From an uncultured Chloroflexia bacterium (GTDB lineage: Bacteria > Chloroflexota > Anaerolineae > Anaerolineales > UBA4823): a stretch of 64,000 bases of DNA. The position numbers were made by a program, and so were the translations under genes. Shown piece by piece: positions 34,242 through 42,169 of this stretch. Location: contig CAWBUW010000012.1 in NCBI GenBank assembly GCA_963792075.1, positions 2,099,840-2,163,839 on the forward strand, given 5' to 3'. Each line of letters opens with the position of its first letter. The stretch's first letter is position 1. The notes under the pieces are model-generated. The model was not told where the DNA came from and ran no database searches. It worked only from the letters and a program-made list of their open reading frames with translations.

Positions 34242-36158
34242 ATGTTAGATTTGGATAGCTTACTGCAACAGAGTTTAAAGGACCTTGAAGAAGGGAAAGT
34301 CTTGGAAGCGGTGCTGGCAGATTTGCCGGCGGAAGCTGCAGAACTAAGGCCTTTGATTGAAACTGCTGCCCGTCTCCGAGCAGGCCCGCCGATTGTAATG
34401 CCTCAACCGCAGCGAACGGCGCTGCGGGCGCAGGTGATTGAAACCGCCCGGCGTGAGATCCCAACGGTGAAATCCCCTCAGCAGAGCGCTTGGGGATGGC
34501 TTGGCGTCCCGGCTGTTTTCGGAGTGCTGACGGTTTTCTTAGTGACTGCGCTTGTGTTGGGTGGCCTGGGGCTCTGGTTTGCAGGCCCTCCAACCGCTCA
34601 TGCAGCGGAATTGGTAGAGATCACCGGCCCGGTGGAAGTAGCCACTTTCCGTGCGCCGGATGCCTGGAAGGCCGTGACGGATGCCAGCCGCATCCACGCA
34701 GGCGACTTCGTGCGCACAGGCCCTGGAGGCAGCGCGGCATTGGTTTATTTTGACGGTAGCCGCACGGCGATTGGCGAAAACACCCAATTGACCCTGACCC
34801 GTCTGGATGGACAGTGGGGCAAAGTGCTTCAGGTAGAAATAACCCAACAAATGGGTGAGACCTGGCACAGCGTGGTTCCATTCAAGGGTAAACAGGCGCT
34901 CTTCGTTGTATTCACACCAACCGGCGAAGCACGCGTGCATGGTACCCAGTTCAGTGTCCTGGTAGGAGCGAATGGTGTTTCCCGGATGGCTGTGGAAAGA
35001 GGCGTCGTAGCTGTTTCCAGTGAAGCGGGCGAGATTGACCTGACTGCGGGCCAAACATCACGGTTGGACGCAGGCCAGGCGCCTCAGTTGATGGGGTACG
35101 GGTTCAGTTTGAACGAACCTCTGGTCGCGGCAGACAAAGGCCAATTGATATTGGCGGATATGACGATCCAGATGAACGATCAAACCATGTTATCCAATGA
35201 GGGCTTGAAGAGCGGCCTGGTCCACATTGAAGGTTATGTCCAGGCGGATGGCAGTTGGATGGCAGACAGCGTGGGGCTAACCACACAACCTGGCGATAAG
35301 AGCTCCCATTTCTCAGGCAAGATCGAGACAATGGAAGGCGACCTTTGGCAGATCGGCGGCGAGTCGGTCCTGGTGAATGACGTCACCGAATTAAAAGGGA
35401 ACCTGGCAGTGGGGCAGGTTGTCAAAGTTGAGTTTGTCAACCTGGATGGGGGACGCTGGCTGGCGCTGGAGATTAAGGCGCTCGACGACGTAGAAGATGA
35501 AGGTGAACTGACCAGTGGAGAACCTGTAACAGGAACTACCACAGGAACTGTGACAGGAACTGTGACAGGAACTATAACTGGAACTGTTACGGCCTGCACC
35601 GGCTCAGAACCGCACCCCACCGGAACAGAACTGGCCCAGCGCTACAGCGTGCCATACGAAGAGATCATGGGATGGTTCTGCCAGGGTTTCGGTTTTGGTG
35701 AGATCGATCTCGCTTACAGCCTGGCATTGGAAACGGGTTTGCCGGTCGATCAAATCTTCGCCATGAAGCAAAACGGAATGGGCTGGGGCAATGTCCGCCG
35801 AGAGCTGAGTTTTAGTACCACGGTGACCACTACAGTCCCGGTTGAGATAAACCTTGAAGGTGAACCGCTGAACCAGGGCGCGATGTGCACCGGCCAGAAC
35901 GTTCACCCGACAGGGACCCGCTTAGCCGAGCGCTTTGGGGTTCCATATGAACAGGTAATGACCTGGTTCTGCCAGGGGTACGGTTTTGGTGAAATTGACA
36001 TGGCTTATACCCTGAGCAAACAGAGCGGAACGCCGGTGGAACAAATCTTTGCGCTCAAGCAAGGCGGCATGGGTTGGGGCGAGATCAAGAAACAGTTCGA
36101 GACCGTAAATACTCCGCCGGGAAAAGATCCAAAAGATAAAAAACAGCACAAACCGTAA
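34242..36158 (+). CDS. Membrane-anchored anti-sigma-like protein: TM helix, FecR-like domain, DUF5666-like barrel, TG-rich linker and two C-terminal Cys/His repeats of about 70 aa
   Basis: Starts 1 nt after the sigma stop. TM WLGVPAVFGVLTVFLVTALVLGGLGLWF, FecR-like GDFVRTGPGGSAALVYFDGSRTAIGENTQL. Repeats at 35595-35810 and 35886-36099. Confidence 0.6.
   Translation: MLDLDSLLQQSLKDLEEGKVLEAVLADLPAEAAELRPLIETAARLRAGPPIVMPQPQRTALRAQVIETARREIPTVKSPQQSAWGWLGVPAVFGVLTVFLVTALVLGGLGLWFAGPPTAHAAELVEITGPVEVATFRAPDAWKAVTDASRIHAGDFVRTGPGGSAALVYFDGSRTAIGENTQLTLTRLDGQWGKVLQVEITQQMGETWHSVVPFKGKQALFVVFTPTGEARVHGTQFSVLVGANGVSRMAVERGVVAVSSEAGEIDLTAGQTSRLDAGQAPQLMGYGFSLNEPLVAADKGQLILADMTIQMNDQTMLSNEGLKSGLVHIEGYVQADGSWMADSVGLTTQPGDKSSHFSGKIETMEGDLWQIGGESVLVNDVTELKGNLAVGQVVKVEFVNLDGGRWLALEIKALDDVEDEGELTSGEPVTGTTTGTVTGTVTGTITGTVTACTGSEPHPTGTELAQRYSVPYEEIMGWFCQGFGFGEIDLAYSLALETGLPVDQIFAMKQNGMGWGNVRRELSFSTTVTTTVPVEINLEGEPLNQGAMCTGQNVHPTGTRLAERFGVPYEQVMTWFCQGYGFGEIDMAYTLSKQSGTPVEQIFALKQGGMGWGEIKKQFETVNTPPGKDPKDKKQHKP
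35529..35588 (+). repeat. Five tandem 12-nt units (ACAGGAACTGTG consensus) encoding (TGTV)n
   Basis: acaggaactacc acaggaactgtg acaggaactgtg acaggaactata actggaactgtt, read directly from the sequence. Confidence 0.8.
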
Positions 36159-36166
36159 ATCGCTTT

Positions 36167-36200
36167 GGGGCCCAGTCAAGATGGCTGGGCCCCTTTTTTT
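36167..36200 (+). terminator. Rho-independent terminator after the anti-sigma gene
   Basis: GGGGCCCAG-9 nt-CTGGGCCCC followed by T7. Confidence 0.8.
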
Positions 36201-36264
36201 CTCCTGGTGCTATACTAATAGCATTGAAATTAAATTACGAGGTGAGGCTGTCCAGGAGTGAAAG

Positions 36265-36903
36265 ATGGCAAAGCATCTCATCGTTGTGGCAGGTAATATT
36301 GGTGCGGGGAAAACATCGTTGACCGAGCGTATCGGGGCACGCTTGGGCTGGCAAACTGCGTTTGAGTCGGTGGCGGATAATCCTTACCTCCCCGACTTTT
36401 ATGCAGACATGAGCGTATGGTCCTTTCATTTGCAAGTCTTTTTCCTGGGACATCGTGCGCAACAGTACCTGGACCTGGCGAACAGCCCGCAATCCGCGAT
36501 CCTGGATCGAAGTATTTACGAAGATGCCTACATTTTTGCCCGGGCGCTGCATCACATGAGCAACCTGAACGAACGGGATTACCTGGCTTACCGGCGCTTG
36601 TTTGACCTGGTGGTCTCCCAACTGCCACCGCCGGATTTGCTGATCTATTTGAGAGCTCCGGTAAAGGTGTTGATGGGGCGCATTCAAAGCCGCGGGCGGG
36701 AAATTGAGAGTGGGATCAGTGCTGAGTACCTGACACTCCTGGAGTCATTCTACGACGATTGGATGCGTGAATTCGACATCTGTCCCGTGCTGACGATCCG
36801 GACCGATGACCTGGACTTTGTGAACAAGAAACGCCACCTGGAAATTGTGGTGCAGCGCATCCAGGACCGGTTAGCAGGCAAAGAAGATATTGTATTTGAA
36901 TAA
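36265..36903 (+). CDS. Deoxynucleoside kinase (dAK/dCK/dGK family)
   Basis: P-loop GNIGAGKTS, DRSIYED and ER-type motifs. TGcTATACT extended -10 at 36208-36216. Confidence 0.85.
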   Translation: MAKHLIVVAGNIGAGKTSLTERIGARLGWQTAFESVADNPYLPDFYADMSVWSFHLQVFFLGHRAQQYLDLANSPQSAILDRSIYEDAYIFARALHHMSNLNERDYLAYRRLFDLVVSQLPPPDLLIYLRAPVKVLMGRIQSRGREIESGISAEYLTLLESFYDDWMREFDICPVLTIRTDDLDFVNKKRHLEIVVQRIQDRLAGKEDIVFE

Positions 36904-36946
36904 CCTGTGCGGCAGAAGCCCGTGCCAACCCATCCGCATCGAGATT

Positions 36947-38140
36947 TTATCCAGCCAGTATGGTGACTACCTCGCGCAGGGCTGAGCAAACGGAATCTAC
37001 CTGAGCTTCGCTCATCACACTGGAGAACGGCAGAGCCAACCCGCGGGCGCCGAGGTCTTCGGTAATGGGGAAATCGCCCCGCAGATAGCCAAACCGTTTG
37101 ACCATATACGGCTGCAGGTGAATGGGGATGAAATAAGGGCGGGCGGGCACACCGCGGTCAGCCAGTGCCCTGGCAACGGCGCCGCGTTCCAAAGATGCGT
37201 CGAAGCGCACCACGTAAACAAACCAGCTCATGCGCGTAGTTGTCTCAACGATACGGGGTGCCTGCACCAGCGGGATTTCGGCGAGGCGTTCGGCGTACCA
37301 GCCGGCGACCTGCTGCCGGCAATCCAGCAGCTCATCCAGGCGGGTCATTTGTACACGGCCCAGGGCAGCGCTCATTTCATCCAGGCGGTAGTTATAGCCC
37401 AGGTAAGTGTGGTCCAGCCAGGTATCGCCTGGGGCACGACCCTGGTTGCGCAGGGCGCGCATCATGGCTGCTGCCTGGTCATCGTCCGTGACGATCAGAC
37501 CGCCTTCCCCGGTCGTGATCTGCTTGTTGGGATAAAAGGCAAACACGCCATAATCCCCCATCGTTCCGGCCTGGCGGCTTTTGTAGGTCGCGCCAAGCGC
37601 TTCGCAGGAGTCCTCGATCAGTTTTATCCCATATTTCTGAGCTGTGTCTCGCAAGGGATCATAATCGGCAGGCTGGCCAAAGACATCTACCGCCAGGATC
37701 GCTTTCAGTGAAGTAACCGCATGAGCCCCTTTGCGCGGCAGCCAGCGCTGGATGGCAGCACCACCTGCCGAAAGGTCAGCCGCAGCCTGCTGGACCAATA
37801 CAGGATCAATATTCCCTGTGACGGGATCGACATCCACGAAAACGGGCACGGCGCGCTCAAACAGCAGCACGTTGCTCGAAGCAACAAAGGAGAAAGGTGT
37901 GGTAATTACCAGGTCGCCTTCCCCAATGCCGGCAGCATGCACACATAAGTGCAGCCCGGCAGTCCCAGAGTTGACTCCGATGGCGTGCTTGAGACCGGTT
38001 TGCTTCGTGAAGGCGGATTCGAAGGCGGTAATTTCGCCTCCCATACTCAGGTTGGGTGTGCGCAGCACCGCGGCAACGGCCTGGCGTTCAGCATCTGTCA
38101 AATCGGGAGACGACATAGGAATTGTAAATTCTGGGGGCAT
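36947..38140 (-). CDS. DegT/DnrJ/EryC1/StrS-family PLP-dependent sugar aminotransferase
   Basis: FAFYPNKQITTGEGG PLP-lysine block, GVNSGTAGLHL. Alternative start at 38116. Confidence 0.85.
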   Translation of the reverse strand: MPPEFTIPMSSPDLTDAERQAVAAVLRTPNLSMGGEITAFESAFTKQTGLKHAIGVNSGTAGLHLCVHAAGIGEGDLVITTPFSFVASSNVLLFERAVPVFVDVDPVTGNIDPVLVQQAAADLSAGGAAIQRWLPRKGAHAVTSLKAILAVDVFGQPADYDPLRDTAQKYGIKLIEDSCEALGATYKSRQAGTMGDYGVFAFYPNKQITTGEGGLIVTDDDQAAAMMRALRNQGRAPGDTWLDHTYLGYNYRLDEMSAALGRVQMTRLDELLDCRQQVAGWYAERLAEIPLVQAPRIVETTTRMSWFVYVVRFDASLERGAVARALADRGVPARPYFIPIHLQPYMVKRFGYLRGDFPITEDLGARGLALPFSSVMSEAQVDSVCSALREVVTILAG

Positions 38141-38193
38141 AGGCTAATCTTCGGGTGACCTTTGAATGGTTTGTAGGGTAGGGTTCTCTGGGA

Positions 38194-39318
38194 TCAGGGT
38201 TTGTCGGATGGCCAGGTGGTGCCGGCGCGTACGATCCCCCCCTCGGGAACGTCGGACTTGACCACCGCGCTGTTACCAATGCGCGCGCCTTGTCCAATCA
38301 CAGCGCGCAGGTTGATGGTTGCCCCCATGCCGATCAGGACACCTGCGCCTACCTGCACCTGTCCTGCGAGGATGGAACCTGGCGAGAGGTTGGCGAAATC
38401 GCCGACCTGGCATTCGTGAGAGACGATCGCTCCGGTGTTGACGATTGCGCCGTAACCAAGGTGGGTTTCGCTGCCCACGTAAGCGTGAGGGAAGACCTGT
38501 ACACCCGCGGCCAGGCTGGCAGAAGGCTCGACGAAAGCAGTCGGATGGACCAGCGCCGGGCAGGCGAAACCGGCCTGGGTGAGACGCTGGAAAATCAAGA
38601 TGCGGATGCTGACATTACCGATGCCTCCCACGGCATTTACGGCCAGGCGCACACCGCGGCGGTGCAGCTCGGGGAGCTGGTCGGCACCACCCAGGAGCGG
38701 CACCCCCATCATTTGGGGCGTCTCGGCAGGGTCCATGCCATCATCCACGATACCGGCAATGTGAAAGGTGCCCAGGGCGCGGATTAAATCGATCAACGCC
38801 TTGGCATGCCCACCGCCGCCATAGACCAGGATCGCTGTAGGGTCGAACTCGCCGGAGGGGGGAGCAAAATCGGGCCGGTTAAGGTGTTCAATCCGCTTCT
38901 GGATGTCGCGTTCGGTGATCAGGGTGCCTGTGGGTAGCTCGCTCAGGTCAAGCTTGTGCTGGCGGGCTAGCGCCACAGCGGGTTGGGTGATGCGCAGGCC
39001 CTCAGGGAGCTGTTCTGGAGTGCCCGTCTTGCCTGGAAGTGGCTGCTCTCTGGCCGGCGGCTGCCAGTCAGGCGAGGGTGCCAGGTAGCACAGCAGGTCT
39101 CCGGCACGGGCGGTCTGGCCCTGCGCCAGGCGCAAGCCCACCACGTAACCGTCCTTTTCGGCCTGTAAATCCGCAGTGGATTTGGTGGTTTCCAACGTAC
39201 AAAGCAGGTCACCGGAGGCAACCAACTGGCCCTCTTGTACGTGCAGAGCGGCGAGCTGCGCTTCAGGCTCATTGGGGTTGAGCAGGGGGATGGTGACGGA
39301 AAAGGGTTCAGTCTGCAT
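38194..39318 (-). CDS. Chimeric E2-like protein: lipoyl domain + peripheral-subunit-binding domain + PglD/NeuD-type left-handed beta-helix acyltransferase
   Basis: N-terminal CTLETTKSTADLQAEKDGYV (lipoyl-lysine context). LRITQPAVALARQHKLDLSELPTGTLITERDIQKRI (PSBD-like). ILVYGGGGHAKALIDLI Rossmann-like PglD_N plus hexapeptide repeats. ATG at 39318; the upstream ORF extension is rejected. Confidence 0.7.
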   Translation of the reverse strand: MQTEPFSVTIPLLNPNEPEAQLAALHVQEGQLVASGDLLCTLETTKSTADLQAEKDGYVVGLRLAQGQTARAGDLLCYLAPSPDWQPPAREQPLPGKTGTPEQLPEGLRITQPAVALARQHKLDLSELPTGTLITERDIQKRIEHLNRPDFAPPSGEFDPTAILVYGGGGHAKALIDLIRALGTFHIAGIVDDGMDPAETPQMMGVPLLGGADQLPELHRRGVRLAVNAVGGIGNVSIRILIFQRLTQAGFACPALVHPTAFVEPSASLAAGVQVFPHAYVGSETHLGYGAIVNTGAIVSHECQVGDFANLSPGSILAGQVQVGAGVLIGMGATINLRAVIGQGARIGNSAVVKSDVPEGGIVRAGTTWPSDKP

Positions 39319-39341
39319 GGTGAGAATTATACCCGTATGTC

Positions 39342-40418
39342 TCAAGACTGGCTGGCGATCCTGGCTGCGATGAAAATGTCCTCGACGCCGGGCAGCGTGG
39401 CGGCCTCCAGGGGTCCAGAGGCAGGAATGGGATGTTCGTGGGCGGCCAGGCGGCGAGCGCTTTTGAGCCGGGGACCCAGGGCTTCGGCTGCCTGCGCCAG
39501 CACCTCTGCACCCCAACCCAGAGCCAGGGTGCCCTCTTCAATGGCAAGCAGGCGACCTGTGCGGCCGACCGAGGCGATCAAAGGAGCCAGCTCGAAGGGA
39601 GCAAGCTGCGTCGGGATGACTAATTCGACGAATACCTCGGCTTCGTAGGCCAGGCGCAAGGCCGCCTGGCGGGCAAGCTCGGCCATGTGCCCATATGCTG
39701 CCAGCGTGAGGCTGGCCGGGGGGGCGCCCTGGATGGAGAGCGTATAGGTGGGGCAGGGCAGCGGTGTCAGGCAGGATACGGCGGCTCCCGCGTGGGTTTG
39801 CAGCGTGAAGTCGGGCAGCGCAGCCGCGTCCTGGACGGGCTGCAAGTAAAGCAGTTTATTTTCAATAAATAGAGCAGGGTCTTCACCCAGCAGCACCTGG
39901 CGGTAGAGCAGATCGGCCGGGCCACCGTAAGGGAAGGGGCTGGCGGAGGGAAGCTTTGAATACTGCAGGGCACACGGGGCCAGGATGCGCAGTCCGGGAA
40001 TACCGAGGAATAGCTTCTCCAGGGTCTGCGAGTGGGTAGGGCCATAGCCGCGCCGCCCGCCCATCGGGGTGCGCAGGGTGAGCGGCAGGCGCACCTGGTC
40101 ATTGTACATCCAGCGGAACTTGGCGATGTGATTGACGATCTGGTCCGCAGCCAGCGTGATGAAATCACCGAACATGATCTCAACAACCGGGCGCAAGCCG
40201 CGCAAGGCCATGCCGGCGGCCACGCCGACGATGCCGGCTTCGGAGATGGGCGTGGTCAGGACACGCTGGGGATAGGCGCTGGACAGGCCGCGGGCAACTT
40301 TGAAAGCGCCGCCATAGGGATCAAGCAGGTCTTCACCGAGCAAGTAGACGCGTTCGTCCTCAGCGAACAGACGGTGAAGACAGGCATTCAGAGCATCGAG
40401 TACAGTCTGGGATGGCAT
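39342..40418 (-). CDS. TPP-dependent 2-oxoacid (pyruvate/acetoin/branched-chain type) dehydrogenase E1 beta subunit
   Basis: YLLGEDLLDPYGGAFKVARGL..TPISEAGIVGVAAGMALRGLRPVVEIMFGDF blocks. Confidence 0.85.
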   Translation of the reverse strand: MPSQTVLDALNACLHRLFAEDERVYLLGEDLLDPYGGAFKVARGLSSAYPQRVLTTPISEAGIVGVAAGMALRGLRPVVEIMFGDFITLAADQIVNHIAKFRWMYNDQVRLPLTLRTPMGGRRGYGPTHSQTLEKLFLGIPGLRILAPCALQYSKLPSASPFPYGGPADLLYRQVLLGEDPALFIENKLLYLQPVQDAAALPDFTLQTHAGAAVSCLTPLPCPTYTLSIQGAPPASLTLAAYGHMAELARQAALRLAYEAEVFVELVIPTQLAPFELAPLIASVGRTGRLLAIEEGTLALGWGAEVLAQAAEALGPRLKSARRLAAHEHPIPASGPLEAATLPGVEDIFIAARIASQS

Positions 40419-40430
40419 ACGCGGCTGGTA

Positions 40431-41318
40431 TCAGGGTGAAGGATAAGGGTCTTGTAAAGCCTGGGTGAATGCATGGGCGATTTCAGTGTCCACCTGGGAT
40501 TGAATAAGGGAGAGCTCGGTAGGAGGGATACGGGCTGCCTGCAAGGTGAGCGGGTCGCGGGTCTGGCGCAGGTGGCCCACTTCCTCGGAGGAACGGGTAT
40601 CATCGCCTTTCGAATGTGGGCCAAAACGGCAGGTGTGCAGGATCAAGCCCTGCGGTGTGCGCTGCTGGCGGGCTTCGGCCAGCAATGCGGCTGCGGTGGG
40701 GCAGATTTCCTGCACATCGCTGGTATCCAGTTCTGCCGCCGGGATGCCAAAAGCCGAGAAGCGGGCCGGCATGCTGCCCGCCACGCCCAGGGCAGAGGGG
40801 GTGGTTTGCGCAATGTTATTGGCTTCGAGCACATACAGGATGGGAAGCTGCCACAGAGAGGCCAGGTTGAGCGCTTCATATACAACGCCCTCGCCGAGCG
40901 TGCCATCCCCAATGAAAACGATCGTCACCGCCTGGGTCTTTTTGGCTTTTTCTGCCAATGCCATGCCTGTGGCGACGGGGACAATGCCACCTTGGACGCC
41001 GTTCGAATAAAAATCGCGCCAGTGCAGATGCTGCGAGCCGCCGCGCCCTCCACACACGCCGGTGGATTTGCCCATCAGCTCGGCGAATAAGGCGCGCGGG
41101 TCGCCGCCATAGGCCAGGAAATGACCGTGGCAGCGGTGGTTGCTGAATACTGGATCGCCTGGTTGTATGTGCGAAAGCACCCCCACGGCATTCGCCTCTT
41201 GTCCAAGATAGGTGTGGGTGGTGCCAAAGAAGACCCCTTTGGGAAAGTTGTCCAGCACGGTCTCTTCGAAACGCCGGATGCGGTAAAGCTCCCGGTATAA
41301 ATCGGCGGGGTTAACCAT
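40431..41318 (-). CDS. TPP-dependent 2-oxoacid dehydrogenase E1 alpha subunit
   Basis: TPP motif FIGDGTLGEGVVYEALNLASLWQLPILYVLEANN. YRIRRFEE N-terminal block. Confidence 0.85.
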   Translation of the reverse strand: MVNPADLYRELYRIRRFEETVLDNFPKGVFFGTTHTYLGQEANAVGVLSHIQPGDPVFSNHRCHGHFLAYGGDPRALFAELMGKSTGVCGGRGGSQHLHWRDFYSNGVQGGIVPVATGMALAEKAKKTQAVTIVFIGDGTLGEGVVYEALNLASLWQLPILYVLEANNIAQTTPSALGVAGSMPARFSAFGIPAAELDTSDVQEICPTAAALLAEARQQRTPQGLILHTCRFGPHSKGDDTRSSEEVGHLRQTRDPLTLQAARIPPTELSLIQSQVDTEIAHAFTQALQDPYPSP

Positions 41319-41364
41319 GTCGAGAATTATACTTCACACTGGGGGTTGGCTTGGATGGTTGAGA

Positions 41365-42006
41365 TCAATCATCGTCAAAACAGTGGAAATCGACCGGTGA
41401 GCCCCTGAACTCTTCGGCAGTGGCATGACCAGGCTGGCTGATGCCTTCACGCTGGAAGACTTTCCATATCGTCAGAGCAAGGATTTTGATATCCAACCAG
41501 ATCGAATGATGATCTACATACCATACATCCAGGCAGAACTTCTGCTCCCAGGTGATGGCGTTGCGCCCGTTGACCTGTGCCCAGCCGGTGATGCCGGGCA
41601 GCACGTGATGGCGGCGGGCCTGTTCAGGAGAGTAGCGGTCGAGGTACTGCATGAGCAGTGGGCGGGGCCCGACCAGGCTCATTTCACCGTGTAAAACGTT
41701 GTACAATTCAGGCAGCTCATCCAGGCTGGTTGCACGCAGGAAGCGTCCCAGGCGAGTCAGGCGCAGTACATCCGGGAGCAGGTTGCCTTGAGCATCGCGG
41801 GCATTGGTCATGGTGCGGAACTTGTACAGCGTGAATGGGCGACCCAGGAAACCAGGGCGTTGCTGGGAAAAAAGGACCGGCCAACCATGGAAGATCCGGA
41901 CAAGCAAGACGAGCAGCAGCAGCAGGGGTGAGATTACGATCAGGCCGGGGATGGTCAGCAGGATGTCAAAGATACGTTTCGAAATGGGGATCGACGGCAC
42001 GTGCAT
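41365..42006 (-). CDS. PglC/WbaP-C-type monotopic phosphoglycosyl transferase (initiating sugar-1-phosphate transferase)
   Basis: [23 protein letters not shown] re-entrant helix, [32 protein letters not shown] at 42006; the upstream extension translates a palindrome. Confidence 0.85.
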   Translation of the reverse strand: MHVPSIPISKRIFDILLTIPGLIVISPLLLLLVLLVRIFHGWPVLFSQQRPGFLGRPFTLYKFRTMTNARDAQGNLLPDVLRLTRLGRFLRATSLDELPELYNVLHGEMSLVGPRPLLMQYLDRYSPEQARRHHVLPGITGWAQVNGRNAITWEQKFCLDVWYVDHHSIWLDIKILALTIWKVFQREGISQPGHATAEEFRGSPVDFHCFDDD

Positions 42007-42014
42007 ACATAAAC

Positions 42015-42023
42015 ATTGTACCA
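42015..42023 (-). promoter_or_regulatory. Extended -10 element (TGgTACAAT) only 8 nt upstream of the PGT start codon, suggesting a possible leaderless mRNA
   Basis: Minus-strand reading ctcTGGTACAATgtttatgtATG. No Shine-Dalgarno sequence. Confidence 0.35.
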
Positions 42024-42039
42024 GAGGCCGCTGGAGAAT

Positions 42040-42083
42040 ATATGGTATTTTGTGCGGGCATGCGCCCGCACAAAATACCATAT
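42040..42083. repeat. 44-bp palindrome, copy A of a two-member family
   Basis: ATATGGTATTTTGTGCGGGC-ATGC-GCCCGCACAAAATACCATAT. 33 nt from the PGT start codon. Confidence 0.75.
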
Positions 42084-42100
42084 TTATACCTTTTTGAATC

Positions 42101-42138
42101 TAAAAGAACATCCCTGCCGCTGTTCAGCGACAGGGATG
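42101..42138 (-). terminator. Probable rho-independent terminator of lexA
   Basis: Minus strand: CATCCCTG-t-CGCTG-aa-CAGCG-g-CAGGGATG followed by TTCTTTTA. Confidence 0.55.
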
Positions 42139-42169
42139 CCTGTTCTTCGGAAATGGGGGATAGTTAGAT

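Noticed and set aside
35529-35588. CRISPR-like or minisatellite array
   Set aside because: The 12-nt units are contiguous with no spacers and lie in-frame inside a coding region. This is a coding tandem repeat, not a CRISPR array.
39319-39516. 66-codon N-terminal extension of the chimeric E2 ORF
   Set aside because: It overlaps the 3' end of the E1 beta gene, and its sequence (GCRGAGAGSRSPGSP..) looks non-coding. The lipoyl domain starts right after the Met at 39318.
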